A DNA stretch of 64,000 bases, taken from Eledone cirrhosa. Lineage: Eukaryota. The position numbers and the translations under genes were made by a program. Positions 1-16,950 of this stretch are shown piece by piece. The notes below the pieces were generated by a model that was given only the letters and a program-made list of their open reading frames with translations, made no database searches and was not told the DNA's origin. The DNA is taken from positions 346,394,001 through 346,458,000 of the forward strand of contig OZ024740.1 in assembly GCA_964016885.1 (NCBI GenBank). The letters are read 5' to 3'. Numbering within the stretch: the first letter of the stretch is position 1; the number at the start of each line of letters is the position of its first letter.

Positions 1-99
1 TTCTTCTTCTTCTTCTTCTTCTTCTTCTTCTTCTTCTTCTTCTTCTTCTTCTTCTTCTTCTTCTTCTTCTTCTTCTTCTTCTTCTTCTTCTTCTTCTTC
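1..99. repeat. (TTC)n microsatellite
   Basis: Perfect TTC repeat from the window start. Confidence 0.98.
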
Positions 100-1784
100 A
101 AACCATTGTTTTTATTATTATTATTATTATTTGATCATTTTCATTTTGTTTTCTTCATTTATTTAACAAGTAATAATTTCAATTGGCTTTCTTTCAGTAC
201 ATTGTTGTTGTCTTTGTGGTTTCTTTTTCTCTCCACTGCTGCCTATCTTTCTGCCAAGTCTGCCTGATATCTTGTATGTCTGTCTGTCAGTCTAACTTCC
301 TTGCATTTACATTACTTTGCATCATCTTACAGTGCATTGCCCTGTCACAACTTTGCAATTATAACGAGTATAATCAAAATAGTATTATATTCAATTTCCT
401 ATTGTTTATACAATGTTGATTGAAAAATGTATTGACATCGTCATCATCAGTGACAGCTTGTTTTAGCAGATTTCTAGTCAGCGGTTTGATCTGGACTAAG
501 CTATTTTTATTCAAACTATTAACAAATTCTTTATTCAGTCGATAGATAAAAATGGAAAAAAGGAAGAAACAAAAGAAAAAGAAAATAATTATGAACGAAA
601 AAGATAAAGAGAGCTACGGTTGAAAGAGAGGGTGAAAGGGCGTGCGTGTGCGTGAGTGAGAGTGCGGTATGTTTGGGTGGGGGAAGAGAGAAATGCTGGA
701 TGAGAAGGGAGAAATCGACAGCTGAAGAAATTGTTAACGCAAAATATATAAATAACGAGAGCAAGTTGGAGAGAGGGAATGGTATATGACAGTAGGGGAG
801 CCACTTCCACTTCATCCTAAATATTTTCAAAGTAGGAATATTGATGGGAAGTGCTATTCAATAATGAACATATGAGTTGAGAACATGTTGATGCTTAGTC
901 TGTAGTAAAAACACTATACACATTAACACCACGCATTTTTCAAACAGGTAGATAATACTCTATAAATTATGTACACAGAGACATGTGAATTATACAGTGA
1001 TACCTCTACGCAGAGGAAGAATAATTCGGCACACAAGTATTTCATATGTAGCGTACGCAAAGTAATCCGAGTATCAGAGAGTGAAATCGAAAAGTTAACT
1101 TTTCATTTACTAACTAGAATAGTATCGCTTGAGAACTAGCCGCGATGATATCCACTTAGCTACAACAGCGTAACAAATATGAATAACATTTGTGATTTCA
1201 TTTATCATCATTTTTCATGTTTCTCCGTAAACTGTGTTGATATATTTAATCTTGTAAAATGCTCAAAGAAATCTCAATAATTTGAAATGCGTAAATTGCT
1301 GCATAAATCGCTAATATATTTATAAAATACATTATAGACATTTTAGGTTTTAACATATACATGTATATATGAACGAGAATATATGTGAAATTATGTCTTT
1401 TTCATCGTGTATAAGAACCACTAATACGTGCGCTTTATGCCATTGAATTTTTTATGCATTGAATTGTTTACATTTGTAGGTATGTGTATATAAATTCATA
1501 AACATCCACAGAATTATTTCTCTTTTCAGCAACTTGTTTGATGCTTTCTACAATCGAATAATTCAAATTTAAAATGGGCACATGATATCAAGTATTGCGC
1601 GTGTCTGTGCCTGGATACGCCAAAATATCTGGTGTGTTATTTAATCAAATCGCGTGTTTATTGGCTAAACAAGAAACTAAACAAAATATGCAAATAACTA
1701 CAATGATAAATTCATGAGAATATACATTGAAAACCTTACGACAAGCACGAATATTTGACATTTATTATTCAATTTTTCTTATTT

Positions 1785-3545
<1,761 letters not shown>

Positions 3546-3820
3546 GTTTGTGTGTCTATATTTTTAAGTTTTGTTACCCATTTAGTGATTTTGTTCACAT
3601 TCATAGTTATTTTTCTATTATATATCGAGGCATATTGTTGCGTTTTGAAATCTATTGCTCTTGAACAAAATATATTTGATTTTGAAATGAAATTGAAATA
3701 TGACTTTTTATTTGCAATGCTTTTATATGAAACGCGAAAATGTTATAGATATTATAGAATATATATTATATAACATGGTTCTCATAATACAATTTTTCCA
3801 CTATTATTCTCTTCTGTGTC

Positions 3821-5400
3821 TTACATAGACAAGACTTTTCTTAAAATCCTATCAGTACCCAAATTTTCTGTCTTCAGCACGACCTGTAACTTTGCGTTAA
3901 TTACAATTCCATTTAAACAGCCCTCAAACCTGTTCCATATGCATGCCATTGCTCTGAATTCTACTGGAATCACTAAAACCTTCATCCTCTACAACTTCTC
4001 AGCTTACTCCTTCAGTGACTCATACTTTCCATATTTTCATGCTCTTTATCCTTCACTCTACTAACTCCTGGGACAGATATATTGATAATTGTGCTTCTTT
4101 CTGCTCGTTCAGAACTAAAATATTTGGTATTATTGCCCCAATCTTTCTATTGCAACAGATTGTGAAGTCTCCTGAAAGCTTGAAGTTTGCATTCTCTAAC
4201 ACCTTCTAGTCTCTGCTCATACCATTTAGTAGCTCTAACAAACCAACATTTATCAGATATCATCTAATGGATATACATAGCAACGTTACCATGATGTCTG
4301 TTGTACTCCCGCCGTGTTAAATTAATATATTCGCTTAACATATGGCTGATCGTTTCTCCTTTTGTTCCACACATTCTACACAATGGGGATTTTATCGTTT
4401 CGTCAACATAATGTTTCATGTCGTTATTTCGAAGAACCTGCTCTAGGGAACTGCATACTAGAGCTTTGGTGTATTCTTTCAGATCATCAGTTTTAAGCCA
4501 CGACGAAGTATTTTCGCAACGAATGCCAACTATATATTTAGTCTACTGTCCATGCATAAGTTTATCCTTCCATTCCTTTTCAATTTCTCTTTCACTATCT
4601 TCTTACATTCATTAGTTACTACTGCATCATCATATTTTAGTATATGGAGTTTTTTAAATTTTAACATGATGATACCCCTTATAATGTTAAGGTACCAAGC
4701 TAGCTTGTTTTCTTCACTTTTGATACAAATTTACAAATTTATTAGTACTTTAACTCGTTTCTTTCTTCCAGCGTAAGTCTTGCATCATCACTCTTTGGAT
4801 AGAGTTCTTTATGCACTGCCATCTGTTTCCAATTCATCCTTCACCACTTAGACCATGATAGACACAGCCCATTTATTCGTTGCCTCCACTGTATTGCTTC
4901 CATTCAATTTAGGTGACATTAGATGTCTCACCCACCTGTGGTATTCTTTTTAGATCATCTCCTAAATTTCCTTTACATGATCAGTTCCATTTCTCACAAG
5001 AGATGTTGTATTCTGAGCTTCTATTTAAACGGAGATGCATTTTAGCCATGAACTCTTGCTTTTTTTTCTTCTTTTTGTTTTTCATTTTCCAACAATTTTT
5101 TAGTTTTCGTTGTTTTCAATACTATCTTACGATCGATCGTCTTCTCATGCTACAGCTTCTAACAATTTCACATAACTATTTGCCAAGTAGTATTGTATGA
5201 TACTTATCTGCAGTATTCCACAACACCGATAATTTGTCTTCCATTTCTTTTCATCTAATGTACAAATATAATACGTTTAAATAGTGGATACATGCCCCTA
5301 CACATCCGTCAAGATTACCTCTAATCGTTCTTTTGTAGATATTAGAAATCCTTCCTGTTTTTTGGTAATGCAGTGATAGAGTATGCTTTAATACTTTTTA
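3821..5400 (-). mobile_element. Old, decayed Dong/R4-type LINE fragment (RLE end)
   Basis: Minus-strand translation with frameshifts gives DFTICCNRKIG..PNILVL..IINISVPG..RVKDKEHE..KYESL..VLVIPV..LGTDRILRKVLSM*, matching the C-terminus of the intact Dong ORFs in this window. The 5' extent is uncertain. Confidence 0.65.
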
Positions 5401-7399
5401 GTAGATGACTCAAATGAAGTAGATCTCTGCTGAATTACAACCATTTTACGGCTAGATAGGTTATGTCAAAAACCTTGTATTACAGGCCCCTTGAGCAAAG
5501 ATAAAACTGCTATCGTTTTCGTTGTTTCCTGAGGTTGACAATGTAACATGCAATATATGCGTTTTTTTGTTGTTTTATTACATGTGTTAATCCTATAAAA
5601 ATGTGCGTCATGCAAATATTACGTTACGTAAATGAAGTATACTATTATTGAAATTTGTTCATGTTTTATAAATTTAATTTTGTGTGTCACATGTTTCAAA
5701 TATTATTCTCTGTTTAGGAGTTTTGGAGTTATGACTATAAGAGCAAAAAAGTATTCGTTTGAAATGACTTGATTTACATAATCATTTGGTTGATTTAATA
5801 CCAGACATATGATGCTTTGCTTTCCGCGCTTCCTAAGTAAGGTTTGATTTTCACTATTGATGAGGCTGGTAGAAATAGCAGTCATATACGTGATATCAAT
5901 GAGTTGACGAAAGTCCCAAGAGTTTGCGATCTCCAGATACTGAGCAATAGCGTGTAGAATAGATACGTTGCCCTATGTATATCCAGGTCAATTTTAGCTG
6001 TTAGCACATCTATGTCTGTACAACTTCACACGAACTTGTAATGCGTTGAATTTTGTAAATTGTTTAAATAGCTAATCTGAAATATATTCAGAAATGACAT
6101 TTGAGACTTTTCTTATCACCTATCTGGGATACTCTGAGATATCGCTGTATATACGCTCTCTTAATTCCATTTAGAATGTAAGCATTGTTTTCCGTTTGGC
6201 AATCGCATTGCTAAACTTGAAATAATTTACATGTGAGGCGCCGAGCGTCAGTCTGAACCATGACTCTGCGTCAAATTGTTTAATGAACCGCATAAATATG
6301 TATCACACGAAAGGCACTCACATTAGTTGACCTTCTGCTTCGGCAATATTGTTGGCACATAATTCTTCAAGGTGCATTAGGTGAAGTGCATTCTTGGACA
6401 TCATTCAGGGCGGCATGATGATGTCACCACTGATTGGATAGTCGTAGCAGATGGATTTCGTGTCTAAAGACACTGCTACCCCATAAAATACGAACGAGAA
6501 TATGCTCGAATCTAGTTATTTGTTTTGGTGGGGATACAGGTCAATTATATTCATTTCTTCAATTGACTAAAAGGTATGAGATAGGTAAGACAACAACAAA
6601 CAAAAATGGTGGAAGGATTCATATTGAAGAAAGCCAGGTAGCAATGACGAACAACGACACATTACAAAACAGAGTAACCAGTGGTGAACACTTTAGGATA
6701 CAAGTAACGGTTCTCCACCTTAGAAGGTGACTCCATAGGTTATTTCGGGGCACACAACCACAACAACGGATTACCTTGATAAATCTAATAGGGTGAAGAT
6801 ATTTATGCACAGATACGTGCAACCAAGCAAATACAAACACACATTTGTTAGTATGAAAAGCATTTTTCGAAATAATTAAAACTTATACCAAATATGTAAA
6901 TTGAAGTTCTATTGTTATGGATGTTCAAACTAGTTAGATACATGCGCCTAGGCAACTTTGAAGAGAAGAAAATTAATTAAAATCACTAATATACTAGATA
7001 AAGGAATTGAGATGAGATAATTAGATTAAATACTTAGAAAGAGAACCGACTGGCGAGTCTGTATATAATGAGCGGAAATGAAAGAAAAGACTGGGATATA
7101 CAATATAGACACATCACATTAAGACGGAAGGCTGTGCTAAATAGATAAAAAGGTTAATAGTTAACAGCATATCATCAATACACTGCGTTTAGTATATTAT
7201 ATTTACCAGGAATACAGGAATACATTTGGGCTTTCACGTAAATTGGAAACTATTATATAATATACAATGTCACACTATTATAGTACCTATTGAAGAACAA
7301 TGTAAAGCTAAATAAAGTATCTGCGGAACTCGACCAAAACAATAAATGATTTCTGTGTTCAAATACACTCGAAAATACATCTCAGGGTCTAACATGACA

Positions 7400-8800
7400 G
7401 ATGTGTAGGAAGCGAAACTAGAGACAACAAAAATAGTGAAGTTTCTAAAATCTCAGCTACAGAATACCGCCATAAAATGAACATAAAAGGTCCCAACAAA
7501 AACAGAAACAGCTGAATAGAAAGGGAATAAACAACGAGGATCATTAACACTTGTTAAAAGGAGCACTACTGACAGCAGAAACTCACGCGTTCTTGATTGT
7601 AGCTCACCAAATTTTCTTTACCACAAAAATCACACACATTAGGAAATAAGATATATTATGGAACTGTATATCATGTGGAAATGGGGTAGAAACGAATATC
7701 CACATTATTTCACACTCCTAGGAAATCCGGAATGCATATACAGTCATGATTGCGTGGGAAGTTATGCAAGTATTATGAATTATCGGCCAAAAAGAAGTAG
7801 TGTCGGTATACAGCAGAAAAGGAGCCATACATTGCGATATGCAAACATACCCATAGAGAGAGATAAAGGCTAAGTATTTTAACTTGCAAAGCAAAAGGGT
7901 GAAACGAATCAGGTTTTCATGAACAAAAGAAAGCTTTATGTCAATAATAAGAATCAACTGGGCTCTTTGACACAAACCATGCAAATATTTAGTAAGGGAA
8001 ACGGTATGAAATTTGGCATGGAGAAATGCACTAGAATTGATATGAAGCATAAGGAAGTTTTCAAGCTACTGGAATGGTTCTAGCTATAAAAGAATATAAA
8101 ATCTATTGATGTAGACTTAAAAACATATGAATGAAGAAAGTCTACAGAAAATAATATTTCTGTAGAATGAAAGAAGTTTTAAAGAAAAGTGTTAGTACCA
8201 AAAAGGAGGAATTTGGAAAATCGAGAGTGAAACGTAGATAGAATAGAAATCCATCCACTGTTTTTCAGAGACAGCAGCGTTACGTGAGGAAGAAGGTATT
8301 GGAAAAATGATTGTTGCATTGATTTCAGCAACATGGGAACAGCTGGAAATGTAATAGGGATCGAAGAAATGGTTGAATGTGCGAGGAAACTGAAAGGAAT
8401 ATAGCTCAGATATATTGAAAGTGATCAATGATAGATGAAAATGATTATTAAATATGAAGATGTGAAAAACTATAATACAAATCAAAAGTGAAATACAGGA
8501 CAAGAAACCGTATGTTGTGGTCTGGCAAGTGATGTCACATAACAATTGAGAAAAGTAAAATCATGCTAATTTAGAAGCCTAGACATTATGCCAGACTGGA
8601 TAAGATGGAGAAATGTTCGTTAACTGGATCACAAAAATTTAGAGGAAGAAACTTGACATATAATGACGACAAATATGTAAAATTTAGAAGTAATTTAATA
8701 GAAATGAGACAAGGAAACCGCACTTCCAAGACCATCGGCTGCTCTCTCGCTAAAACTGAGGAATGGCAACAATACAAGTTCACCTTTAAAATACATTTGC
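7400..8800 (+). mobile_element. Old, decayed Dong/R4-type LINE fragment
   Basis: NQVFMNKRKLY (cf. HLFYMDDLKLY) near 7905, QIFSKGNGMKFGMEKC (cf. IFSSDICMQFGISKC) near 7982, KPYVVVW (cf. RPDLVVL) near 8505. Confidence 0.55.
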
Positions 8801-9161
8801 AAATGCCATAGCCCCAGGGAATATTTGGACAACTAGAGCTACTTCATGATGAGCCCTCCAAATACAGGTTTTTGGCATAAAAAGGACTCTATAATTAGGT
8901 AAAGCACTCCAAAATATTGAGGCAGGAACTGGAGAAAGATACAATGGTCTGGCTGTAGCATATAATAATTGCGATGTATGTGTTCATCACGACTCACCGA
9001 CCTTTCGGAGGCAGCTTTCTCTCGACCCAAATGAGAGTTAATACCCAGCTCGTTTGACGAGCGTTTAGCTCAAAATGGCTAACTAAACGCAAAAATTCTG
9101 TTTGTTCCTTTACTCATTCTCTTCCATCTTTCCACTTATTCATATATTTATCATGCAATTT

Positions 9162-9790
<629 letters not shown>

Positions 9791-10360
9791 GTGATTGAGG
9801 GATTGATGAAAGCGATGACTGAACCATTAAAAGAATAAAAGAATCACATATTTATATGTATATCTATAATATTTCCTTAGGTATATATAATAGTTTCAAA
9901 ATGCTATTTACGCATAATATATTTTTTGTTTTACTCAACACTTCAAACTGGTTGTACAATCTAAAGCATTTTGCTTTACGTAAAGATTTTTTCTGTTTAT
10001 AATTCGATTTGTTTGTAAGTAAATAAAATAAGAAATAACATCAAAAGCAATAAACCAATATTCCATGGAATTCTCTGTTGTGTGTGTAACTGTAATTAAA
10101 TCATTAAAACCATGAAATATTATGGTATTTTAATTAGACGCCTGAAGAATTACGCGAATTGTTTAAATAACAGACCCACTCAGTAACTCAGCTATAGTTC
10201 AAATTACATACACATGCATGCATATATGTACAAAACAAACACACATATATATATACACATATAGGTGTGCCCCTACACTTATGCTCACACAAAGGAATAC
10301 AGACATATTCATAATTGTAACATCATTTAAATAAAACAAACGGGCAAAATTACAATCGTC

Positions 10361-10392
<32 letters not shown>

Positions 10393-10401
10393 AACAAATT
10401 C

Positions 10402-10443
<42 letters not shown>

Positions 10444-11260
10444 TCGAAGACAATAGAAACGAAATAAGCAGAGGTAAGGAACATATAGATATATTTAGGG
10501 AAATATATAGATATGGATGTAGGAGTAACGTTGTTTGTAATTGACTTTAAATTCAAATAGCATAGCAAAGCAATCAGTATTTAAAATGAAATAAAAATAT
10601 AAATATTTGTAGCTTTTGTTGTAGTTAATGATGTTGCTGCTGCTGTTATTGTTGCTGTAACGTTTTAGTAAGTAATTAATGTTATTGATGTATTTCATTA
10701 ATGCTCTTGATATTACTGTTCTCTGTTTTCCTCATTCCCTTTCTACCATTTTTTAAATTGTTATTTGTGCTTGTGTGCGTATGTGTGAATGTGTGTATTT
10801 GCTTTTAATTTTGTTCGTTAATATGGTTGGAGATATTAGCGATGATGGCGGAAGCGAAGTTTTTATGATGCTGGTTGTATTTATAATGTGACTGAATTTA
10901 CAGATGGTATACCTTGTAGTGCTACATTTTATTGCTGTGCATATATTATTGTTACGATTACTTTGCTGGTAATAGTGGTAGCAGTCGTCGTGACAAAGAG
11001 GTTATTTGTGGTAGTTAGTAATAGTATTTGTTGTTTCATCGATTTTGCTGTTAATATTTTAGTTATATATTCCTGGATGGTTTTCTTTCTAACTTTGTTC
11101 TGTTATATTATTCTTGAATAGATCCCTTGCTTACAAGTACATAACATGTGTACATCAATTAATTATTTGGAATCCTCATCAAGTTTGCCGTCATGGACAA
11201 GCAACTACCGTGTGCTCCTTGTCATCATAGCCATCGTCATTAGAAGCTAATAATAATAAT

Positions 11261-11427
11261 TGTTTCTACTTTAGGCACAACGCCAGCAATTATCCAGTAC
11301 ATTACTGGTACTTTATTTTATCGACCCCGTAAGGATGAAAGGCAAAGTTAACCTCGGCGGGATTTGAACTCAGAATGACGCTCTATGCGTCAAAGCTTGG
11401 CGTCCGACCCTCTACTGATACTGCCAA
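11261..11427 (-). mobile_element. tRNA-derived SINE, copy 1 (slightly 5' truncated)
   Basis: Minus strand has an A box (TGGCAGTATCAG), a B box (GAGTTCAAATCC), a central GCCTTTCATCCTTACGGGGTCGATAAAATAAAGTACC segment resembling the Meta/Sauria-type SINE core, and an (ATT)n tail. A second copy is at 17791. Confidence 0.85.
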
Positions 11428-11438
11428 ATAATAATAGT

Positions 11439-14400
11439 TTCATTTATTGGCCACAAGTGCAGACATTTGGGGACAATACACTACAGGGGGACGGTGGGTG
11501 TTTTACACAGAAATCGAGTAAAAAATAGGAAAATAATAACAATAAACAATAAAAGTACAACAATGAAAATTGCCCAATGGGGGTGGGGATATAACCACCG
11601 AGGGCATATTCAGGAGACCCACAATCCTGAACCACTTGAAGCTTCCAGGGCACCCGGGAAGAGCAGCCCTCTCCCTCTAACATTTGCCAGCCAACAGGCA
11701 CATGATCAGATTAGGCCCACTCACATGGGCCATTCTCGCCTCTTCACCCACCTTCCCTCTTCCCGCAAATGAACTAGAAGGCAGCACTTCTCTCTCCACT
11801 CTCACCTTACTTTCCAATTGAAATTTGAAAAAGTTGATTAGGCCGAAGATAAAGGTGTGTCTTCAATCCTTTCAACCTGGTCCACTATACAACTTCTTTC
11901 GCAACTGTCATCAGACAGGAAAACTGCGTGCACTTCCTGGACAAAAGAAGGTGGCAGGTCGATCTTCAATGGTCTCGGCCGATAGTAAGATCCCTTCTAC
12001 ACGCGACAAGAGCTGTTCGACATAACTTCACAAGTCATTAATGCACTGATACTGGGTGAATTCGTGCAGACAGGTTTCTTCGCTCTGCACACATCTAGGG
12101 CAGTTCTATCTGACAACACTTCCTGTCTGCAGCTCAGTCAAAGAGATGAGCTGTAGAAGGCCCGTTTGACAAACGGTGACCACACCTATTCACTGTTTAG
12201 GTAGAATATCTGGAGATACCACAGCCTCAGCGTATATCCACGCATCATTAGCCACAGCATGCCCAGCCCTCCGTGTCGATGGTTCTGGCAGCAGATGGAC
12301 TGCCTCACCAACAGAACCTCTCCCCTCCTCAAGAATTTGAAGAGGAACCGTTCCAACTTGGCGAGGCGTGGACATGGGCAAAGCATGACGGTCTGGTGGT
12401 AGTAGAATTCGGACGCGATGTATGCAGCCACCCTCTTCGCCTGACCTTTCAGTGACCGCTTCCTCGCAACCCATTTCTGGGTGATACTGGCTACCTTCAT
12501 CGTCACCTCTTCCCAATTCTCATCTACCTGGAGGTCTTGGCTGAACCAAACCCCGTCCAACGCCCCACAACGCTGTTGGACTGCATGGGCTTGGCTCTCC
12601 AGGTGCCGAGCTGCAAGCTCATTAACTTTTCCGGGTTAAATTTAACTCCCGCCAAACTTTCATATTCTGCTAATAATGTGCCGACCACCTCAATTTCCGA
12701 GGTGTCCGACACCATCACAGTTATTTCGGGCGCATAAGCTGACACAGCCTTTCCGCGACCTGGTTCGAGCGGGATGCCCTGCAACTGATCCAGCCTCCGC
12801 AGTAAAGGCTCGAGGGTCCATACGTACAGAAGGGAGGAGAGAGAGCACCCTCGAGAGACCGATCGGTGGATCTGAAATGGTTGCGAGAGATAGCCATTAA
12901 CTTTGACCAGCGGGCTGATGCCTCTGTGCTTTGCAGCGATCCAGCTTCTGAAGACGGGACCAAAGCCAGCTGCCTTGAGGACAGCCACCATATTCTGATG
13001 GTCGACCCTATCGAATGCTTTCGATTGATCTATATTAATTAGAGCCCCACCGAAGCCAGGTTTACACCCTACTCTCTCAATGATGTATCGCATGAGGTGG
13101 AGTTTGTCGTGTATGCACCTGGTGGGGATTGCGCAAGTTTGCAGCTTGCACAACAAATATTCGATGACAAGCGCCAACCTCTTCGCTAACACCTTGGCTA
13201 ACTCTGTGTTGAGCATAGTTATGGGCTTGAAGTTATCTAATGTGTCCCTCTTGTTCTTGCTTTCCTTATCAGCGTCACTATGCCCCTGCTCACAGAACTG
13301 GGAATAGTACCGTTCTGCTGCAAGTTGCAGTAGAGCGCTTAGAGGAGATCGGGCAACAAGTCTGGCATATTTACGTAAAGCTGATAGGGAAGACCATTCA
13401 AACTGGGTGACTTGCGTCTCGTGCAGCCGAAAAGAGCATTCTGAATTTCAGCTGAAGTTATCGGCCTTTCGTAACACACAGTGTCGACCGTCGACCGAAC
13501 AACCTTGAAAAGTGCTAGACAAAGGCGTCACACATCCGCCTGTAATCGCTCAGTGCGTGTCCGTCCTAGTCCGTCAAAGACCGAATTGTGGATTTATTAC
13601 CACACTGCGATTCTTCCACGCGGGCCCATACAATGACTTTGGTTCCCTCGTCTCTCAGAGTACGCGCCTTAGCTCTGACAATGAAACTTTGGTGTTTCGC
13701 ATTGGAGAAATGGTTTAATATCATTCTCGCCGCTAGCATGTTAATTGCAATGCCACTAGAAATAGCTTCGTCTATCTTAGCTACCAGATCTCCCTACTTT
13801 CTATCTTTCCCTAACGCTACTTCTCAAACCTCTCTTTTGAGAGCCTTTCACCCCCCCCCCCCGCCACCTCCCTGTCAACTTTTGCTTAACTAAATTGTTG
13901 ACCCGGTCCCTGTAAGCCTTAGGTGCCGGAGTGTCCAGCTTCCAGTAACCAGGTCCTAATCCACGCGTCTTATCTAAGTCGACCATACAGATCACAAACT
14001 TGTGATCTGAATAAGTTTTAAAAGGTGGACAGACTACACTATTTCTATCTCTTTTCGTAATGAAGATCATCTCTATGTACAATCTAGATGACCCTATGTG
14101 ATTGAACCAGGTCTACATTGGTGCATTAGGGAAATCTAGTCGGTACCTATCAGGCAGTTGTAACTGGCTGATCAAGTACTTGAGGGTTTTACCCTTCCCG
14201 CTCCTATCAGCTACTACCACACAATCTCATCGTGCGTCTAAGATGCCGTTCCAGTCCGCAGCTAAGAGTAAAGTGCGAGATACACGGACAGGCTTCCAGG
14301 CACCTAAAGAATCCGGCCGTCCGGCACCGTTAGGGCCGTAGATGGCCACCAGTCTAAAGTCACCACCATCTCTATTGTTCAGCCCAGAACCACAAACTTA

Positions 14401-15930
14401 CCCTCCGGTTCCCGGAAGATCGACCTTATATTTAGATCCAGCCCTTTCCTAAAAGCACTACCACCCCACCTCCCATTCCCCGCCGACTAACAGATGTGAG
14501 GATCTGATAGTCATCGAACATGGAGGCTAGTGTGCGTGTGTCGGAAATCTCGGTCTTTCTAATGGAAATTACATTAATGTCTAGAGACTTGATGTTGTTG
14601 AGCAGGCGACACTGCATCCAGGGCGACCCCAGGCCACGAACATTTTAACTTCCTACTCATAATATGAACAAGTTAGTAGGCTAAAAGAGAGAAGAAAGGT
14701 TTACTTACCTCCTGGGTGAGCTCCTTTAAAAATCTCGAAGTGGAATTCACACTTTTCGAATAGCTTTGTAGAAATCGAGCGACATTCGCACCAGTCACAA
14801 ATCTTCTGGCACCCGAAATTTACTTCGTGCTACGAGGCCATCAATTCTTTGTTGGCTCTTCTGACAAGCACGATGATTTGTATGCTTTTTTCGTGCGGTT
14901 TTACTTGTTTGCGTGGCTGTGGTGGACATGGATTTGTTGGTGTTGTTTCGATTGTGCCTGTGTTTGTTGTGGATGCGGTGTTGCGGTGTCTGCGGTTTCA
15001 GATGTTTGTGTATGTATTTGTACTTGTGTCTGTTTAGGTTGTTTGATTTGGGGGGATTCTGGTGATTGTGATGGTGTTGGTGATGTGGTGTTAGTGCTGT
15101 TGGGGAGATGTTTGCGTGGATGGTGTCTGCATTTTTTTTTTATTGTGGGTGTATTTGTGATTTGTGGAGTTTTTGTTTTCTTTGTGTGTTTTGTTTTGTC
15201 TTTTGGGGGTCATTTTGGGTTACCTTCATCTTTACTACTGAAAGATCAGAGGTCTGTGGCTATAAGTGTGTCTGTATTAGTGTGTGTGTTTATGTTTTTG
15301 TTCATGTGTGTATTTGGGGTGAAGGGAAATTGGAGTACTTTCCACGTTTCTCCGATGGGTGGCCAATGTTGCTGTTATTGCTGGTGGTTTTGTTGGTGCT
15401 GGTGTTGGCGGTGGTCCGCGCTCCAGCGCCAGCAGTATAGGAGACCTCGACCCCTTGCTCCTTTTAGCAGTTGAGTGCAGAAGGCTCTCAAATGGGTTGT
15501 TTCTGCGCAATCAAAACAAAGCTGCCTTTTGTCATCATATGTGCCACCATCCCGTTCTGGATATGGATGTGGTCCGGGATTATTTTAAAATCATCGGGCA
15601 TTATCTGGCGTAGTCCTCCCTAGCAGTTCTTGAAACCTCTATCGGGACGGTATCCGTCACCTCCACAATCCGCAATCCCAGGAGCCACCACATGCCAAGT
15701 CCTGGAGGAATTCCGGGAATGTAGACATGAGCTGTTTGTTTTCCCATGCTGGTTTTGCAATGGGTCATTCGCATGTTTCATAGTGAGGGCTTCTGAACGA
15801 AATGATGCCGCATTGTCTGCCCCTCACTATGTACTCGGTGTCATCCCTGGTGCATCTCAGTGAGGCGTCAATATCTGCCAGGGCAATTACTTCATTACTT
15901 CTGAACGCGGGACTCACAATATGATCCGTA
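11439..15930 (-). mobile_element. Older Tx1/L1-clade LINE, near full length, decayed
   Basis: APE motifs (NVRGL, SDHK), RT motifs (DQSKAFDRV, RGCSLS, degenerate YAPE), ORF1 remnant (IPDHIHIQNG) and 3' end CTTGTGGCCAATAAATGAAAC(TAT)n; homologous to the array Tx1 copies. Confidence 0.9.
11680..14660 (-). pseudogene. Tx1 ORF2 (APE endonuclease-RT), disrupted
   Basis: ORF fragments 14432-14617, 13801-14082, 12524-13216 and 12186-12560 are collinear with the ORF2 at 44085-47500. Confidence 0.88.
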
Positions 15931-16849
15931 ATCGATATATATATATATATATATATGTTTGTGTGTGTGTTTTAATAGTATTACGAATATAATTCATTTT
16001 TAAATGTCGCATGAGACTGTCTTCTAAAATCTAGCGCACATGTCTCAGCCCAGTGCGGAAAACTGGAATAGATTGCATAACTCTCTCTCCCTACTGCTGT
16101 ACACATTCGTACACATTCAGCGCATGTAAAAGATTAATATATGAAATGTTTAAAAAGAAAACAATTCCATCGATTCTTTAATAATCCGTCATTACATATA
16201 TAGCTGTATGTATATTCATGTTTTTAAATATACTTCCACATATGTGTTTCTATACATCTGTATGAGAGGGTTACGCATTATCTGAGACGAAATATCAGTC
16301 TTCACAGCGAATAATTGATTGAAGATAGGCATTAAGCGTTGTCTTCTTAGAGAAAATATGACCGATTTAGTAATATAGAATAATACTGACAAAGCTTACA
16401 GGTTATTTGTGTTCAGCAGGGAGATATACCTAACCATAACTGTCTCTAATTACCTACACAATATTTCCATTCGTAGTTTATAGCGGAGATTTACACCAAC
16501 ATTACGTTTCTCTTTTCAACATTTCTCATTACTTTGCCCTCGAGACTTTCTTCGAGAATTAGTAGCGTTACACCGTAGCTTTTATTTAGTTTCCTTCATT
16601 ACAAACTTGCCCTTAAGACACGATATTTCGAGTAAATTTTGCGCTCTGCATTCTCCTAGGTCAGTCCCGTTTTCAAGCTATTTATTGCTTTCACCCAGTC
16701 AAATTTTAGAGGTGAAAATCAGCAGGCCTCTATTTCATGTCACAGGTCAGATTAGCTAATTCCAAAAGATTTCTAGCTTGATATCAGAGGAAATTGAATT
16801 AGCCAGCCATCCACTGGATGAGCAGTGCAAAAAGTAGATTAGATAAAAT

Positions 16850-16851
16850 TT

Positions 16852-16923
<72 letters not shown>

Positions 16924-16950
16924 GCTTTCTTTCTTTCTTTCTCCCTTTCT
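16850..16950. repeat. (TTTC)n microsatellite
   Basis: Directly visible. Confidence 0.95.

Noticed and set aside
5700-6450. Minus-strand protein-like stretch (GNVSILHAIAQYLEIANSWDF...)
   Set aside because: Frequent stops in the extended frame and no motif I recognise; cannot support a gene or viral call without a search.
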